A stretch of DNA of 64,000 nt from an uncultured delta proteobacterium. GTDB lineage: Bacteria > Myxococcota_A > Polyangia > Polyangiales > Polyangiaceae. The stretch lies in NCBI GenBank assembly GCA_963716725.1, contig CAVQUB010000020.1:32001-96000 (forward strand), written 5' to 3'. The notes beneath the pieces were generated by a model. That model was not told the DNA's origin, did not search any database, and saw only the letters and a list, made by a program, of their open reading frames with translations. Positions 1-10,195 of the stretch are shown piece after piece; the stretch's first letter is position 1; the number at the start of each line of letters is the position of its first letter. The translations under genes and the position numbers were made by a program.

Positions 1-456
1 ATCGGTGAGAATGCGCTGGATGTGCTCCCACTCCGCTCGAGCGAGTGAAGGAGCCGCCGCGTCTCCGGAGCTGGTCGACGGTGGTGCTCGACCCCGATCG
101 AAGGCCGCCAGGATATCGTCTGCGTCTGCGGGTTTTGGCAAAAAGTAGACGGCGCCGAGGCGGACCGCATCGATGGCGGTGGCGATGCTGCCGTACCCGG
201 TGAGGATCAGCACCTCCGTATGCGGTTCGATTCGCTTGAGCTCGGTCAGGAGTTCGAGGCCGCCGCGCCCGGGCATGCGCAGATCGACGACGCAGAGTTC
301 TGGGGCTTCGGCCTCAGCGAGCCTTACCGCCGCGTCGAAGCCGCCGGCTCCGCGGGCGTCGAAGCCGCGATCGGCAAAGGCGCGGACGAGGCGCTTCTGG
401 AGCACCTCGTCATCGTCCACTACGAGAATTGTCTGGCGTTCAACACCGTCGGTCAT
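1..456 (-). CDS. regA: RegA/PrrA-type response regulator (3' end runs off the window)
   Basis: Manual translation MTDGVERQTILVVDDD...VVDLRMP...LTGYGSIATAIDAVRLGA..FLPKP...PSLARAEWEHIQRILTD. ATG overlaps the upstream kinase stop (ATGA). Confidence 0.85.
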   Translation of the reverse strand, partial: MTDGVERQTILVVDDDEVLQKRLVRAFADRGFDARGAGGFDAAVRLAEAEAPELCVVDLRMPGRGGLELLTELKRIEPHTEVLILTGYGSIATAIDAVRLGAVYFLPKPADADDILAAFDRGRAPPSTSSGDAAAPSLARAEWEHIQRILTD

Positions 457-1742
457 GTTCCGATCTCCATGCTCACGGTCGTGCCCTGCCCCGGCTCCGA
501 GCGCAGTGTCAACTCCCCGCCGAGCTGCTCGGCGATGTTGGCGGCCAAGAACAGGCCGAGGCCCATGCCCTTGCCCGGCTGCTTGGTCGAGTAGAAGGGG
601 TCCAGGGCCCTCGCCGCCACTTCCGGCGACATGCCGCACCCGTCGTCCGTCACCAGCAGGCGCAGGCGCCCTTCGCGGAGCTCTGCGTCGACCTGCACGC
701 TTCCCGACGGGCCGACGGCGTCGAGCGCGTTCTCCACGACGCTCTTGAGCGCTCGGCTCAAGAGACGCGGGTGGGTAAAAATCTCGCGATCGCCGAGCCC
801 ATCTTCGAAGGCCAGGCTGATGCGGGCGTCGTCACCCAGCGTCTTCTTCAAGTTCGTCAGCAGCTCTCCGACCCGCGTTGCGGTCGGCGGCTCGCCTCTA
901 GCTTGCCCAGCGTCGACCGCGAGCTCCGACAGGATCTCACTGCAGCGTCCCACCTCGCTGCGAATCAAGCGCGCATCTTCCCCCGCTGGCGTCTCGGACA
1001 GCGCGCGCTCGAGCTCCTTGGCGACCACCGCGATGGTCGCCAGTGGCGATGCAAGCTCGTGGGCTGCGCCCGCCGCCAGAGCCGCGAGCCCCGCGAGTTG
1101 CTCCTGCCGCGCGGTACGTTCGCGGGCGAGCCGCAGCTCGCCTTCCCGCTCCGCGAGCGCGCGCTTCAGCCGGTCGAGGAAGTAGACGATGAACGCGGCC
1201 GCCACGCCGAGGGCCACCCACATGCCCTTCAGGTGCATGCCGTAGTGGCCCATTGCGGCGTGGTCGTGCCCTCCCATCTCGAGGGGGACATGGCCTTGAA
1301 ACAACGCGGCAGAGCACGCCAAGGTGAGCGCCACCAGCGCCCAAGTGTGACGCTGGCCGACGGCCAGCGCCGCTAGAGACAGGTGGACGAGGTACAGCGA
1401 GCTGAAGGGATTGGTGGGACCGCCCGTCAGGTACAGGAGCCCGGTGAAGAGCAGCAGATCGATGGCGATGAGCCCGGAGAGGTGACGCTCTCTCACCGTG
1501 ATCCGCCTGCGATGCCACTGGCTGCACGCGACGTTGGTGAGCACTTCGACGGCGACGATGGCCGCGAGCGGCGCCAGGGGGAGCGGAACGCCCATCGCGA
1601 ACTCGACGCCGAGAATCGTCGCGACCTGGCCGATGACGCTCGCCCAACGCAGCTTGACCAACCAGCCGAGATTCAACCGGTTCACCTCGATGGAATCGAC
1701 GCTAGCCGGAGGGCGGACCGCACTCGCCGCGGGGGTCTGCAT
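453..1742 (-). CDS. regB: RegB/PrrB-type membrane sensor histidine kinase
   Basis: TM region with LYLTGGPTNPF, H-box AAHELASPL, ATPase motifs DDGCG and GMGLGL. Coupled to regA. Start taken at MQTPAA. Confidence 0.85.
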   Translation of the reverse strand: MQTPAASAVRPPASVDSIEVNRLNLGWLVKLRWASVIGQVATILGVEFAMGVPLPLAPLAAIVAVEVLTNVACSQWHRRRITVRERHLSGLIAIDLLLFTGLLYLTGGPTNPFSSLYLVHLSLAALAVGQRHTWALVALTLACSAALFQGHVPLEMGGHDHAAMGHYGMHLKGMWVALGVAAAFIVYFLDRLKRALAEREGELRLARERTARQEQLAGLAALAAGAAHELASPLATIAVVAKELERALSETPAGEDARLIRSEVGRCSEILSELAVDAGQARGEPPTATRVGELLTNLKKTLGDDARISLAFEDGLGDREIFTHPRLLSRALKSVVENALDAVGPSGSVQVDAELREGRLRLLVTDDGCGMSPEVAARALDPFYSTKQPGKGMGLGLFLAANIAEQLGGELTLRSEPGQGTTVSMEIGT

Positions 1743-1851
1743 GCAGCGCGACGAGTACCACCGCGAGGCGCGCTTGTCAGGTCGCGACGCGGTGCGGTAG
1801 CAGGGCAATCACCCGACTCGACTCGCCGCTGTGGCAGTGGGCGCGAGTGAC

Positions 1852-2358
1852 CTAGTGCCGCGCGGCTGAAGTTCGAGTGGATTCGCGCCTGAGACCCGCG
1901 CTCATTTGGGCTCTCACAGGAAGGGCGGAAGAGCGGAAGGATTGGGGGGGGTCAGGCGTGAGCCCCCGCAGGCCATTTCTGAGCGCGGTCACGTTGAAGT
2001 TGACGAGCAGGCCGACAGGCAACTGCGAAAGGCGCAGATAGGTGATGACCTGCGCTTCGTGAATCGGGAGCAGCCGCTCGACCGCCCCGAGCTCCAGGAG
2101 GATATGATCTGGAAGCGACCAGGTCGAGGCGATAGGCGCAGTCAAGGTGCACGCCTTTTTGGCGGATTGGTAGCGGATTGGTAGCGGTCGCTGCCGCTCG
2201 AACCTGAGCCGTCGTTCGGACAGCTCGGCAGATAGACAGGCCTCGTATGCGGATTCCATCTGCCCTGGACCGAGATGCCGATGCACCTCGATCAGCGCAC
2301 CGATCACCTCGTCCGTCCCCTCCCCAAATCTTCCGAGCTTTCGCCCTTCCTGTGCCAT
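1852..2358 (-). CDS. GxxExxY protein, degenerate copy
   Basis: HRHLGPGQMESAY motif. Internal segment out of frame between +11 and +1 indels. ELK changed to ELG. Confidence 0.7.
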   Translation of the reverse strand: MAQEGRKLGRFGEGTDEVIGALIEVHRHLGPGQMESAYEACLSAELSERRLRFERQRPLPIRYQSAKKACTLTAPIASTWSLPDHILLELGAVERLLPIHEAQVITYLRLSQLPVGLLVNFNVTALRNGLRGLTPDPPQSFRSSALPVRAQMSAGLRRESTRTSAARH

Positions 2359-2495
2359 CCCCGTGCGAGCGGAACCGTCGGACGACCACCGTGCGCTCGG
2401 CCCGCGAACGCGCTGTAGTCGATCATGTCACCCCACTACGCCGACGACACGCACACGGAAAAGAAGCCAGCGAAACTTCTGCCGCGCGGTACTAG
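1852..2495 (-). mobile_element. Internally deleted copy of the IS630/GxxExxY element (transposase almost entirely lost)
   Basis: Ends CTAGTGCCGCGCGGC... and ...GCCGCGCGGTACTAG. Near-identical in reverse to both ends of 34876-36611, with a deletion junction at about 2365. Confidence 0.9.
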
Positions 2496-2652
2496 CCGAC
2501 CGCGCCGTAGTCGCGCTTGGCCACCTCACCAATCTGCGAGCCGCGCGACGACCGGCCCAGCCCGGAGAGATCTCGCATGATCTGCGCAGCGGCGCTGTGA
2601 CGTCGCGCTCGCGAGCGTTGCACAGGTTTCGGCGATAGCGCATCCTGTGGCA

Positions 2653-3831
2653 ATGAACAGAACCTGGCCGGGGCTCGGTGTTGCGGCGGCCTGCTCGATT
2701 TCCCTCGCCTGTGGCAGTAGCGACGACGGCGGCGGGACAGCCGGCGGCGGCGGTGCCACCGGTGGTGCGACCTCGGGCGGTTCGGGCGGCGTCGGCAACG
2801 GCGGAGGCTGGGCCGGCGGCGGTGGAACAGCGGGCGCGGGCGGGACCACCAGCGGCGGCGGGACCACCAGCGGCGGCGGGACCACCAGCGGCGGCGGGAC
2901 CACCAGCGGCGGCGGGACCACCAGCGGCGGCGGGACCACCAGCGGCGGCGGGACCACCAGCGGCGGCGGGACCACCAGCGGCGGCGGGACCACCAGCGGC
3001 GGCGGGACCACCAGCGGCGGCGGGACCACCAGCGGCGGCGGCAGCGGAGGCAGCGCGGCGACCCCCACCTGTCTCGCGGCGGCGGCCGGAGCGTACTGCG
3101 GCAACGACATGATGAAGAACGCCAACGCGAACACCTTGTATCAGTGCCCGGGAGCGAACCAGGCCCCGACGAGCAGCACGCCCTGCCCGAACGGCTGTGT
3201 CGTCGAAGCGGCGGGCACGGCGGATCACTGCAAGACCGCGACCTCGCCGGGGGGCTACAAGCTGCCGTGGAAGTCCGGCGTCAGCATGCAGCTCACCCAA
3301 GACTGCAACGACGCGTGCTGCAACGATCACGTCGGCGACGCTAAGTACGCTTGGGACTTTGCCAACGGAACCGCGTTCACGGTCGTCGCCGCTCGCGGCG
3401 GCACCATCACCCACTTGAAGATCAACTCCACTTCGGGCTGCGGTACGAGCTCGTGCGCCAATCAGGCCAACTTCATCGTCATCGATCACGGCGACGGCAC
3501 CCACGCGACGTACCTGCACCTGGGCGGGATGACGCTGTCCTCGGGCATCACCTGCGGCGCCAAGGTGCAGCAAGGCCAGGCGCTGGCCAAGGCCGGCACC
3601 ACGGGTTGGTCCACGGCGCTCCACCTTCACTTCCAGGTCTCCAAGGTTCACCCGGGCGCCCCGACCTGCGAGTGCGGCAGCGCGGGCACCGGCTGCGGCG
3701 CCGGCACGGTGCCGTGGGGAAGTTTCTGGTCGTCGGCCGCCTACCCGACGCTCGCAATGCAGTTCGACGAGTGGCCGGCGACAACTAGTTGCAAGAACCG
3801 CCGGATCCCGATGCCGGCGTCGCAGAACTGA
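2653..3831 (+). CDS. M23 peptidase-domain lipoprotein with Gly/Thr/Ser linker
   Basis: Lipobox ISLAC; H...AWDFA, VVAARGG, NFIVIDHGDG, YLHL, GTTGWSTALHLHF. Confidence 0.85.
   Translation: MNRTWPGLGVAAACSISLACGSSDDGGGTAGGGGATGGATSGGSGGVGNGGGWAGGGGTAGAGGTTSGGGTTSGGGTTSGGGTTSGGGTTSGGGTTSGGGTTSGGGTTSGGGTTSGGGTTSGGGTTSGGGSGGSAATPTCLAAAAGAYCGNDMMKNANANTLYQCPGANQAPTSSTPCPNGCVVEAAGTADHCKTATSPGGYKLPWKSGVSMQLTQDCNDACCNDHVGDAKYAWDFANGTAFTVVAARGGTITHLKINSTSGCGTSSCANQANFIVIDHGDGTHATYLHLGGMTLSSGITCGAKVQQGQALAKAGTTGWSTALHLHFQVSKVHPGAPTCECGSAGTGCGAGTVPWGSFWSSAAYPTLAMQFDEWPATTSCKNRRIPMPASQN
2839..3036 (+). repeat. 18-bp coding tandem repeat, 11 perfect copies (GGTTSG)
   Basis: (GGCGGGACCACCAGCGGC)x11 read directly. 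Confidence 0.95.
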
Positions 3832-4879
3832 CCGGCCGGAATCGCTTGGACAGCCGCAAGAACGGCCCCTCGACGTATCGGTACGAGAGCGCGGCGACGC
3901 CGATGCTGGCCGCCGCTGCCACCACGAACACGACCAGCGCCTCGGCGCCGGGCAGGAGCCACTTGGTCGCCGTGATGACGGACACGTGCAGCAGGTAGAT
4001 GCCGTAGCTCACCTCTCCGATGAAACGCGGAACACTTGCGTCGAGCGGCAGCGCAAGCCCGTGATCTTCACGGACCACGACGGCACCGACCACGAGCACC
4101 ATCAGCAAGTGGATCGAGAGTAGCGGTGCGTCGCCGGCGATGGCAGCCAGCAGGCCGAGCAGCAGCAGCGGCGAGCTCGCCTTCGAGCCCAGGACCGGCG
4201 ACAGCCATCGGAAGCTCGTCTCGCGGTGCAGCGCGATGGCGAGCAGCGAGCCGAGGCAGATCGGGGCCGATAGACTGGTGGCGATCTGCACGAAGATCGC
4301 GCTCGATCCGAACAGGAGCCCGTTCTCCGTGGCCAAGTCGAGGCAGAAGAACCCCGCCATCAGCGCTGCCGGAAGCTTCCATCCGCGGGTCAGCGCCACG
4401 AGCGGCGGCCACAGCGCGTAGAACTGCGCCTCGGTGGCCAGCGACCACGAGAATCCGAAGACCACCGGATGCGACACGGCGTAATCGACGAACCAATTCC
4501 CGGTGTAGGTCGCGTAGAAGGGCAAGCTGCGGACGAAGTGATCTCGGATCGGCGCGTCGTCCATCAAGAGCGCCGCACGCAGCGCGTAGATCGCGAGCAC
4601 TGCGTAGTACAGAGGCAGGATGCGCAGCGCGCGCCGGGCGAAGAACGGCCCCAGCGCGATGCGCTGGTTCTGCTCGCGTTCGCGCAGGAGCAGCGTGGTG
4701 ATCAGGAAGCCGCTGATGGCGAAGAACAGATGGACACCGAGGGGCCCTCGGCCCAGCAAGCCCTCGAGCGGTCGCTGCGTCGAGTGATGCCAGACGACCG
4801 GGAGAATACTGACGAAGCGCAGGCCATCCAGCGACGGGAAGCGCGCCCGGCCACGAAACGTCGCATGCGCCGGGTCCAC
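3785..4879 (-). CDS. Acyltransferase-3 (OafA-like) membrane O-acyltransferase
   Basis: LDGLR, GVHLFFAISGFLI, RRALRILP, SWSLATEAQFY, SYGIYLLH, SYRYVEGP. Confidence 0.88.
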   Translation of the reverse strand: MDPAHATFRGRARFPSLDGLRFVSILPVVWHHSTQRPLEGLLGRGPLGVHLFFAISGFLITTLLLREREQNQRIALGPFFARRALRILPLYYAVLAIYALRAALLMDDAPIRDHFVRSLPFYATYTGNWFVDYAVSHPVVFGFSWSLATEAQFYALWPPLVALTRGWKLPAALMAGFFCLDLATENGLLFGSSAIFVQIATSLSAPICLGSLLAIALHRETSFRWLSPVLGSKASSPLLLLGLLAAIAGDAPLLSIHLLMVLVVGAVVVREDHGLALPLDASVPRFIGEVSYGIYLLHVSVITATKWLLPGAEALVVFVVAAAASIGVAALSYRYVEGPFLRLSKRFRPVSSATPASGSGGSCN

Positions 4880-4894
4880 CTTCGCCTCGACGAT

Positions 4895-6013
4895 TCAGCG
4901 GGAGCGGGGCGAGAGCCAATCGATCATCGGCTGCCACACTTCGCGCGGCGCGGCCGAACCGGCCACCACACCCACGTGTCCACCCGACACGGGAACCAGG
5001 GTCTTGTCCGAGGAGGCAACCAGATCGACGATGGCCTCCGTTGCCTGCGGCGTGGCGATGTTGTCACTCTTGCCGGCGAAGGCCAGAATCGGCTGCGTCA
5101 CCGCGCCGAGATCGCAGGGTTTGTCGCCGAAAGAGAGCCCGCCGACGATCAGCCGGTTGCCGCTGACCACCTCGCGAACCATCTGTTTGAACGCCTCCTT
5201 GGGATAGGGGATCAGGTCGTTGACCCAGGTGTTCACCGCGTCGAAGGAGCGCACGAAGTCTTCGTCGTCGAGGTTCGCGACGAAGTCGCCCCACTTGGTC
5301 AGGGCTCGGGCCCCGCTCATCAGCTTGAAGCCGAACGACGAGACCTTGCCCGGGACGTTCCCGATCAGGTTCATCAAGGGACCTATGCCCAACGCGCCGA
5401 TGCGCGAGGCGAGATAGGCCGCCCGCATCTTGGTGAAGTTCACCGGTGCACCAATGGTCACGATGTTTCGGACGCGGGCGTCGTGATGGGTCGCTGCGTG
5501 CATTAGGCAGAAGATGCCGCCCATGCAGTAGCCCGAGAGGGAGACGCCGGGGGCGCCCGAGGTCGACAGCACGGCATCGACACAGGCTGGGACATAGTCG
5601 AGCACGTAGTCGTCGAGCCGCACTCGCTCGTCTTCGTGGTCGGGCACGCCGAAGTCGACGACAAACACGTCAAACCCCGCGTTCCGAAGCGTGCGCACCA
5701 TGCTGTGCTCGGGGCGCAGGTCGTACACGTAGGGACGGACCATCAGCGGGGGGATCAGCATCAGCGGCGTGCGGTGGCGCTCAAAGGCGATCTGATGAAC
5801 CTCGGAACCGAGTTCGTACTCGACGTCGCGGATCGGACGGATGCGCGACAGCTCGAGCTTGCCTTTCGAAAACACCACGTCGCGGGCGGCGCCATGTCGT
5901 CCGGGCCTCGCCGCGCCCTCCGTGGCGTATACGAAGCCGTTCACCGCCGAGAGCACGGCACGATCCGCGAGCTTGCGAGCTCCTCGACTCAAACTTTGGC
6001 GCTTCGATGCCAT
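4895..6013 (-). CDS. phaC: PHA synthase (class III PhaC)-like alpha/beta hydrolase
   Basis: PYVYDLRPEHSMVR, GYCMGG lipase box, SDNIA Asp, GGHVG His. Start at MASKRQ. Confidence 0.65.
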   Translation of the reverse strand: MASKRQSLSRGARKLADRAVLSAVNGFVYATEGAARPGRHGAARDVVFSKGKLELSRIRPIRDVEYELGSEVHQIAFERHRTPLMLIPPLMVRPYVYDLRPEHSMVRTLRNAGFDVFVVDFGVPDHEDERVRLDDYVLDYVPACVDAVLSTSGAPGVSLSGYCMGGIFCLMHAATHHDARVRNIVTIGAPVNFTKMRAAYLASRIGALGIGPLMNLIGNVPGKVSSFGFKLMSGARALTKWGDFVANLDDEDFVRSFDAVNTWVNDLIPYPKEAFKQMVREVVSGNRLIVGGLSFGDKPCDLGAVTQPILAFAGKSDNIATPQATEAIVDLVASSDKTLVPVSGGHVGVVAGSAAPREVWQPMIDWLSPRSR

Positions 6014-6024
6014 GGTCGAGGCTC

Positions 6025-6735
6025 TCACTCGAAGAGCGGCGGCGGGCCGGCGTCGCTGGCCGGCAGCGGCGCCGAAGCCGCGGGGGGCGGCGTCGCCGCT
6101 GGTGCCGGGTAGGTCGCCATCAGCGCCAGCGAGTAGTATTTGCGCTGGTGGTTCAGCGTCGCCCACTCCGGGGCCGAGAGTGCGCGCTTGACGCAGGCGG
6201 CCGCCTTGCGCGCCGCCGGCCCCCGCCAGGAGCCGCTCTGCCCGGGAAAGACGTGGATCTTGCGCACCCTGAAATCGACGGTCAGCACGTAGTTGATGCT
6301 GCCCTCTTTCGCGATCTTGGGAGCGCAGTCGACGTTGTCGCGGATGGCGCGCGTCAGCTGTTCTTCGAAGAAAGGCAGGCGATCGCAGAGGCTGCCTTCT
6401 TGTCCGCCACGCGCCGACGCTCCGCACTTCACCCGCTGCACGCTGCCGAGTTTCACGCGCTCCGGTCCGCCGCCCGCGTCGAGCGTCAGGGGCAGCGGCA
6501 GCTCCGAATCGGAGTTCGCCCCCCCGGCATCCGACGCCAACCCGGCATCCACAGGCGCGTTTTCGGTGCCGCTCGGTCGCCTCCACAGGTACAGCGGCAC
6601 CGCCAGCAGCACGAGCCCCACGATCAGGGCGACGATCAGCTGTGCGCGGAGGGGGCGGTCGCCTCCTCCACCACTGCCGCCCACGCCGAGGCGCCGCATG
6701 CTGGGCTCGCTGGGGAGGGAGGGGCGACTTTGCAC
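6025..6735 (-). CDS. Hypothetical single-pass membrane protein with Cys-containing exported domain
   Basis: TM LIVALIVGLVLLAVPLYLW; in line with flanking minus-strand genes. Confidence 0.7.
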   Translation of the reverse strand: MQSRPSLPSEPSMRRLGVGGSGGGGDRPLRAQLIVALIVGLVLLAVPLYLWRRPSGTENAPVDAGLASDAGGANSDSELPLPLTLDAGGGPERVKLGSVQRVKCGASARGGQEGSLCDRLPFFEEQLTRAIRDNVDCAPKIAKEGSINYVLTVDFRVRKIHVFPGQSGSWRGPAARKAAACVKRALSAPEWATLNHQRKYYSLALMATYPAPAATPPPAASAPLPASDAGPPPLFE

Positions 6736-6765
6736 TCTATACTCGCCCGCTCGGGCTGCACCGGC

Positions 6766-8459
6766 TCACGAATCGAGGAGAGACTCGACGGGTTGCCCCG
6801 GTTCGCACTTCACCAGTGTTGCAGCCAGGTCGAGGGACTCGGGCATCAAACCTTGCACCTGAGAAACCACCTGCTCCACGACGTGGCGCGCTTCGTCCAC
6901 GTTGGGGCCCGTCATGGCAACGGCGAATCGCAGAGGCCCGTTGAGACCCGCGGTGACCGGAACCACGCTGAGCAAGAGCATCTCGGTGAGCTCGATCACG
7001 CGCTGAGCCGCGCGGCGCAGCGCGAGCATCTCGAGAATGGTCGGGCGATCGCTCACGTGTCGATTGGGTCCCCGCACGTGATAGCGGGCGACCGTCAGCG
7101 GCACGCCGTCCCACTCGGCAAACGCGGCGTCGTCTTTGAGGGTGCGGAGCAGGTGCTCTTGCCGGAGAAGCCCCGTCAGTCCGTCGCGCCGATCGAGGTA
7201 ACCTTTGGCGCGCTGGTGCGGCGGTGAGCCCTCTTGGAAGCTCACCAACTTGAGTCGGCACTCGCCGAGCTGCACCTCAGCGCCGTGCAGGAGCGCCACG
7301 CTCTTCTTGCGATCGAAGCTGTGGTCGGCGTAGGTCCCGTTGGTGCTGCCGGCGTCTTCGACCACCCATGAACCGGCCTGCCAGCGCACGGCAGCATGCG
7401 CCCCGGAGACGGTGGCCTCGGGCAATAGCAGGTCCTGGTTGTTGCGGCGACCGAGGGTCATCAGCGGCTTGTCCAGGGAGAACAGCAGGCCGGCTGATTC
7501 GCTGGCATTGGTCGCAAAGGTGAGCATCAGCGCCTGCGCGCCGGGCATGAAGGACTCTGCGGTCTGCCGCCCGAGCGGCGCTCCGGGGTTGAGTCGCTCG
7601 CGGGGGATCTGAACCTGGCTGGTGGTCAGCGCCGTCGGATTGAAGAAGCGCATGTGCCGCGCCTGCGGGCGCATGTTCGGCTCGTCCGCGAGACAGCGAA
7701 AGACCTGCTTGACCTCGTCGACGCTGAGCCCGGCGGGCACGTCGAACATGATCTGCGTGCGCATGGGCTTGGCGCGGGGCCGGTACCCGGGCTCCGGTAC
7801 GCGACAGGTCCACATTTCCCAGAGCGTCAGGCCAAGCGCATACATGTCGTCGTCTGGGCTGGCGCCTCCGGATCGCAAGCGCTCCGGCGCCATGTAGTTC
7901 GGAGTGCCGCCGTCCGGTGGAGCGCCGGGGCGACGCGCGCTCAGCCGAGCGCGCTCCTGCGCGAAGCCAAAGTCCAGGATAATGGCGCGGTCATTGGTGA
8001 CCATCACGTTGCCGGGCTTGAGATCACCGTGGACCAGACCCTGGGCGTGGATCGCCGCCAGTCCGGCGCAAGCCTCGCTGGCGATCTTCCGGAACTCGTC
8101 CGACGTGTAGCCCCCTGGGCCTTCCGCCTCCGGATGTGGGTATGCAGCGTCTGACCGGCGATCTGCTCCATCACCAGAATCGGCCCCCACGGGCTCGGCG
8201 CCAGATCGTGCACGCGACAGACGTTCGGATGACTCACCGAGCGGGCGAGCAGCAGCTCTTGTCGCAGCGCCTCGTCGTCACCGGGCATGCGCGACTCTTC
8301 GCGCACGACCTTGAGCGCCACCGGCTGCTGAGTGCTGCGATCGTAGGCGAGGAACACCTCGCCCATGCCGCCTTTGCCGAGGCTCTGCCGGATTTCGTAG
8401 CGGTCATTGACCACTGAGCCTTGCCCGATAGGCGGCACGTTACGGGGGGACTGGGACAT
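6766..8459 (-). CDS. Ser/Thr kinase - FHA - degenerate GGDEF-like protein, split by a frameshift in a G5 run at about 8113
   Basis: ORF 8004-8459 has LGKGGMG/VALK. ORF 6766-8190 continues with HGDLKPGN, DFG, FHA (LGR, SGAHA, GSTNGT) and RDGLTGL. Confidence 0.8.
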
Positions 8460-8644
8460 GCGACGCCTGGGCTCGCCCCGCGAGCACCGGCGCTAGCGTC
8501 CTCGATTTGCCTCGCTGATTCAATTGCCCATCGCTCCTCCATCGTCGAAAGCTTGCGAAACCCGCCCTGGCGCGCCCGGCGCCGGCACCCGGGAAGGCGT
8601 TTACCCGGCCGGCAACGACGTGTTAGTACCCGCGTGGAGTCGGC

Positions 8645-8800
8645 AAAAAGCCGGCTCCACGTCGTTGGCCAAGGGAAGCCGGTGTGATGCCGGCGCGGCC
8701 CCCGCCACTGTGACCGGGAACGACCGCGAGCGCAGCCACTGGGCGAAGAGCCCGGGAAGGGCTCGCGGAAGGCTGAACCGGAAGTCAGGAAACCTGCCCT
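8645..8800 (+). ncRNA. Cobalamin (B12) riboswitch
   Basis: AAGGGAAGCCGGTG-TGATG-CCGGCGCGGCCCCCGCCACTGTGA ... GCCACTGG ... CCGGGAAGG ... AAGTCAGGAAACCTGCC (B12 box). Confidence 0.92.
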
Positions 8801-8866
8801 CGACGCGCCGTTAAACCCCGCTTCTCGCGAAGCGTTGCGACCCGGAGGGGGTCGCGTCCGGAGAGA

Positions 8867-10185
8867 ATGATGAAACGAACAGTGAGCATGGGTGCGATCG
8901 CATGTGCGATCGCCATGGTGACGGCTTGTGGCGACGACGAGGCTGTCGGGCCAGGCACCGGCGGGTGCTCCGGCTCGGGGGCCAGCGGAGGATCAGCCGG
9001 CAGCGGCGGCTCGGCCGGCAGCGGCGGATCAGCCGGCAGCGGCGGCGGGACCGACGCGGGGACGGGTGGGAGCGGGGGCGACGCCGGACCACCGCCCGGG
9101 CGCCTGCTCGTCGCCGGGACCGACTTCTCCTCGAAGACGGAGGTCGCGACCGTCGATTTCGACGACCAACACGGTGACGGGCAGCGTCACGGTCAACGAT
9201 GGCGATGCGGTCCCGGCGCAGTCGAGCGGGCAAGGCTTCGTGCTGGAGCGGACCCACGCCAAGCTGCATCACCTGGACGCTAGCGGGAAGATCTCGAAGA
9301 CGATCGACGTCGGCAAGGCGGCGCTCGGACTCACCGGCGCCGGTTCCACGAACCCCGTCGGCGTGACGGCGACCAACGGCAAGGCGCTGGTGTTCTTGAA
9401 CGACGTGAACCGCGTCGCGGCGGTAGATCTGGCCGCGGGCACCGTGTCGAAGACCATCGACCTCGCCGCGTACATGGCTGGCTCCGACGCGGATCAGTCC
9501 GTGGACGCCACCAATCCGGTCCTGCGATCGGGGCGGGCGTACTTCCTTCTGGGCCGCGTCGATCGCACAACGGTGACCGCGCCGAACTACCAGCTGGCTT
9601 GCCCAGCGGTGCCGGCGCTCTTGATGGCCATCGATGTCGCCACCGAGAGCCTGGTAGATCTGAACGGCAGCGCCGCGGGCGAAGGCATCGAGCTTTCGCT
9701 GGCAAATCCGGTCGACGCGGCCATCGACATCGCGCAAGACCGACTGCTGGTGCTGAGCGCGGGTTGTCATGCGGCGGCCGACGGCGGCGCGGCGCGGCTG
9801 AAGCACGGCGTCGAGAGCGTCGACCTCAAATCCGGGGTGGCCACCACGCTCTACGCCGCACCGAACCAGGACTTCTTGTCTCGGCTGCTGGTGCGCTCGT
9901 CGAGTGCAGCCCTCGTGAACAGCTTCGACCCGAGCTACGCCGAGCACTGGTCCACGTGGTCGCTCTCACAGAACACTCTGGGCGCCGAGCTGAGCGGCGT
10001 ACCGACGGCGTCGAGCCTCGATGGGGAGGCTCACCTGCTCGGCGTCGATATCGCGACAGCCGACGCCGGAACCAGCGTCACCGTGGTGCGCTACGAGATT
10101 CGGGGCTCAAAGCAAGACCAACATCGTCAGTTCACCTTGGACCGGCAGCTTCACGTCGGCCGCGGGCACGGCTCTCGTGCGTTGA
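8867..10185 (+). CDS. B12-riboswitch-controlled lipoprotein, probably beta-propeller-like; apparent frameshifts at about 9160 and 10100
   Basis: Lipobox VTAC plus Gly linker in ORF 8867. Body continues in ORF 8928. A plausible C-terminus ...SPWTGSFTSAAGTALVR* ends at 10185 in a third frame. Confidence 0.7.
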
Positions 10186-10195
10186 GTCCCTGGCG

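Noticed and set aside
2839..3036. Tandem repeat as a CRISPR array
   Set aside because: No spacers; an in-frame 18-bp coding repeat; no cas genes.
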